Part shown: in pieces, positions 62,817-64,000 of the stretch
How positions within the stretch are numbered: the stretch's first letter is position 1
Layout of the letters: every line of letters begins with the position of its first letter
DNA from: Rhizophagus irregularis
Taxonomy: Eukaryota
Assembly: GCF_026210795.1 (NCBI RefSeq)
Contig: NC_089430.1
Coordinates: 4,340,001 to 4,404,000 of the forward strand
Direction: 5' to 3'
Length of the DNA stretch: 64,000 bases
The notes under the pieces: model-generated
What the model was told of the DNA's origin: nothing
Database searches by the model: none
Seen by the model: only the letters and a program-made list of their open reading frames with translations
Made by a program: the position numbers and the translations under genes

Positions 62817-64000
62817 GAAATTACAATTGCTGTCACTGTATGTATCTTCATTTTATTTTTATATTTTTGGGAGGTGAATATGTGAATTTCATGAATTTTT
62901 ATTAAAGAAATAATTTTTGAAAGTGGGTTTTTGGTGAATTTGGTGAATTTTCATTGGAAATAATTTTATTTTATGAAATCGGAAGAGGAAATTATTGTAT
63001 TTTGATAAAATATTTTCAAATATAATAAAAAAATCAGTATATTTCTTAAAACTTAAAAGATTTTATACATTTACGAAGTTGTAAAATGCTATTAAATAGG
63101 TGGTGAATAAGTGGTGAATAGGTGGTGAATAGGTGGTATTGTCATCAAAATTTAGCCGAAAAAATCAAATTAAGATATTTTTTTATGCATTAAATAATTA
63201 TTTGACGATGAATCTCAATTTTAATTTAATTTTATTTCTTTTTTTAAATCAATTTAACCTTAGTAAAAACTAATTACTAATTAAAAATATCATTTTGTAA
63301 AAATTAATAAGAAAACTAGATTTTACCCTATAAAAATCTGTATATGGAAATGTTATGTTTTATTCACATGTGACATACATTTTTATAAATTCCGTAACAA
63401 GTACAAATAAAATCTGTGCAACTTCACATGTCAAAACTATGTTTTAACTTGCGATACTGTGAAATTTTTGATTTATTTATATATTTACAAATTCATTACA
63501 AAATTAATTTGTATAAGTAGTTTATTGTTACATAGTCACAAAAAAAATCATCTTTTTTTATCTTAAAAGTTTTAAAAAAATTACATCCTCTGTTGAAAAA
63601 ATACATATATTGTTACCATATCTCAAAGAACTGAAATTCATTATAACAATCTATAGAAATAGAAAAAAAATATATTACTATAAATTAATATGAAAAAAAA
63701 ATTACCCAGAAAAATTAATTATAACGATCTATTGTTACAATAAATAAATAAGTAAATTATGTCAGTCTATTATTGAGCTTGATACAACCTAAAAAATATT
63801 ATTATTATTAATAGGAAAAAAGGCAGCATCGCAGCATCGATCCGATCACCGATTTAAACCTAAATGGTGAAAGAATGTATTTGGGAAAAAAAATTTGGTT
63901 TGAAAAAAAAGAAAAAAAAGCCAACCGGAAAAAAACCGAAAACAAAAAATAAAAATAAAAAAATTCAAAAAATAAAAACGAAAAAAAAAATTTGGGGGAG

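Overview
Very AT-rich, intron-containing eukaryotic DNA. The gene content (expanded tyrosine-kinase-like kinases with the WTSGN..ID motif, BTB-BACK-TLDc genes, PD-(D/E)xK-like genes, many MITEs) points to an arbuscular mycorrhizal fungus (Glomeromycotina, Rhizophagus-like); this assignment is inferred. The left half (1-33 kb) holds three kinase genes and four BTB-TLDc paralogs plus a TLDc relic. The right half (33.5-62.9 kb) is framed by long diverged inverted arms, each ending in a restriction-endonuclease-like gene. It contains nested mobile elements: an intact Tc1-like DD35E element, two ~2.7-kb RT-less retroposed elements with TSDs, an RNase H LINE relic, a PIF1 helicase relic, and hAT/CMC/Harbinger-type MITEs. 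The standout is at 12.06-14.33 kb. An apparent non-coding tandem repeat is a chain of 23 three-nucleotide micro-exons plus one 1-nt exon, each flanked by AG/GT, with a CTAAC branch-like motif in most introns. Spliced together they give a stop-free peptide (VENWYFDLEFVYRYYRFEHFGTFE) that joins an upstream exon exactly in frame to a tandem pseudokinase-kinase. All exon models were read by eye and need transcript confirmation.
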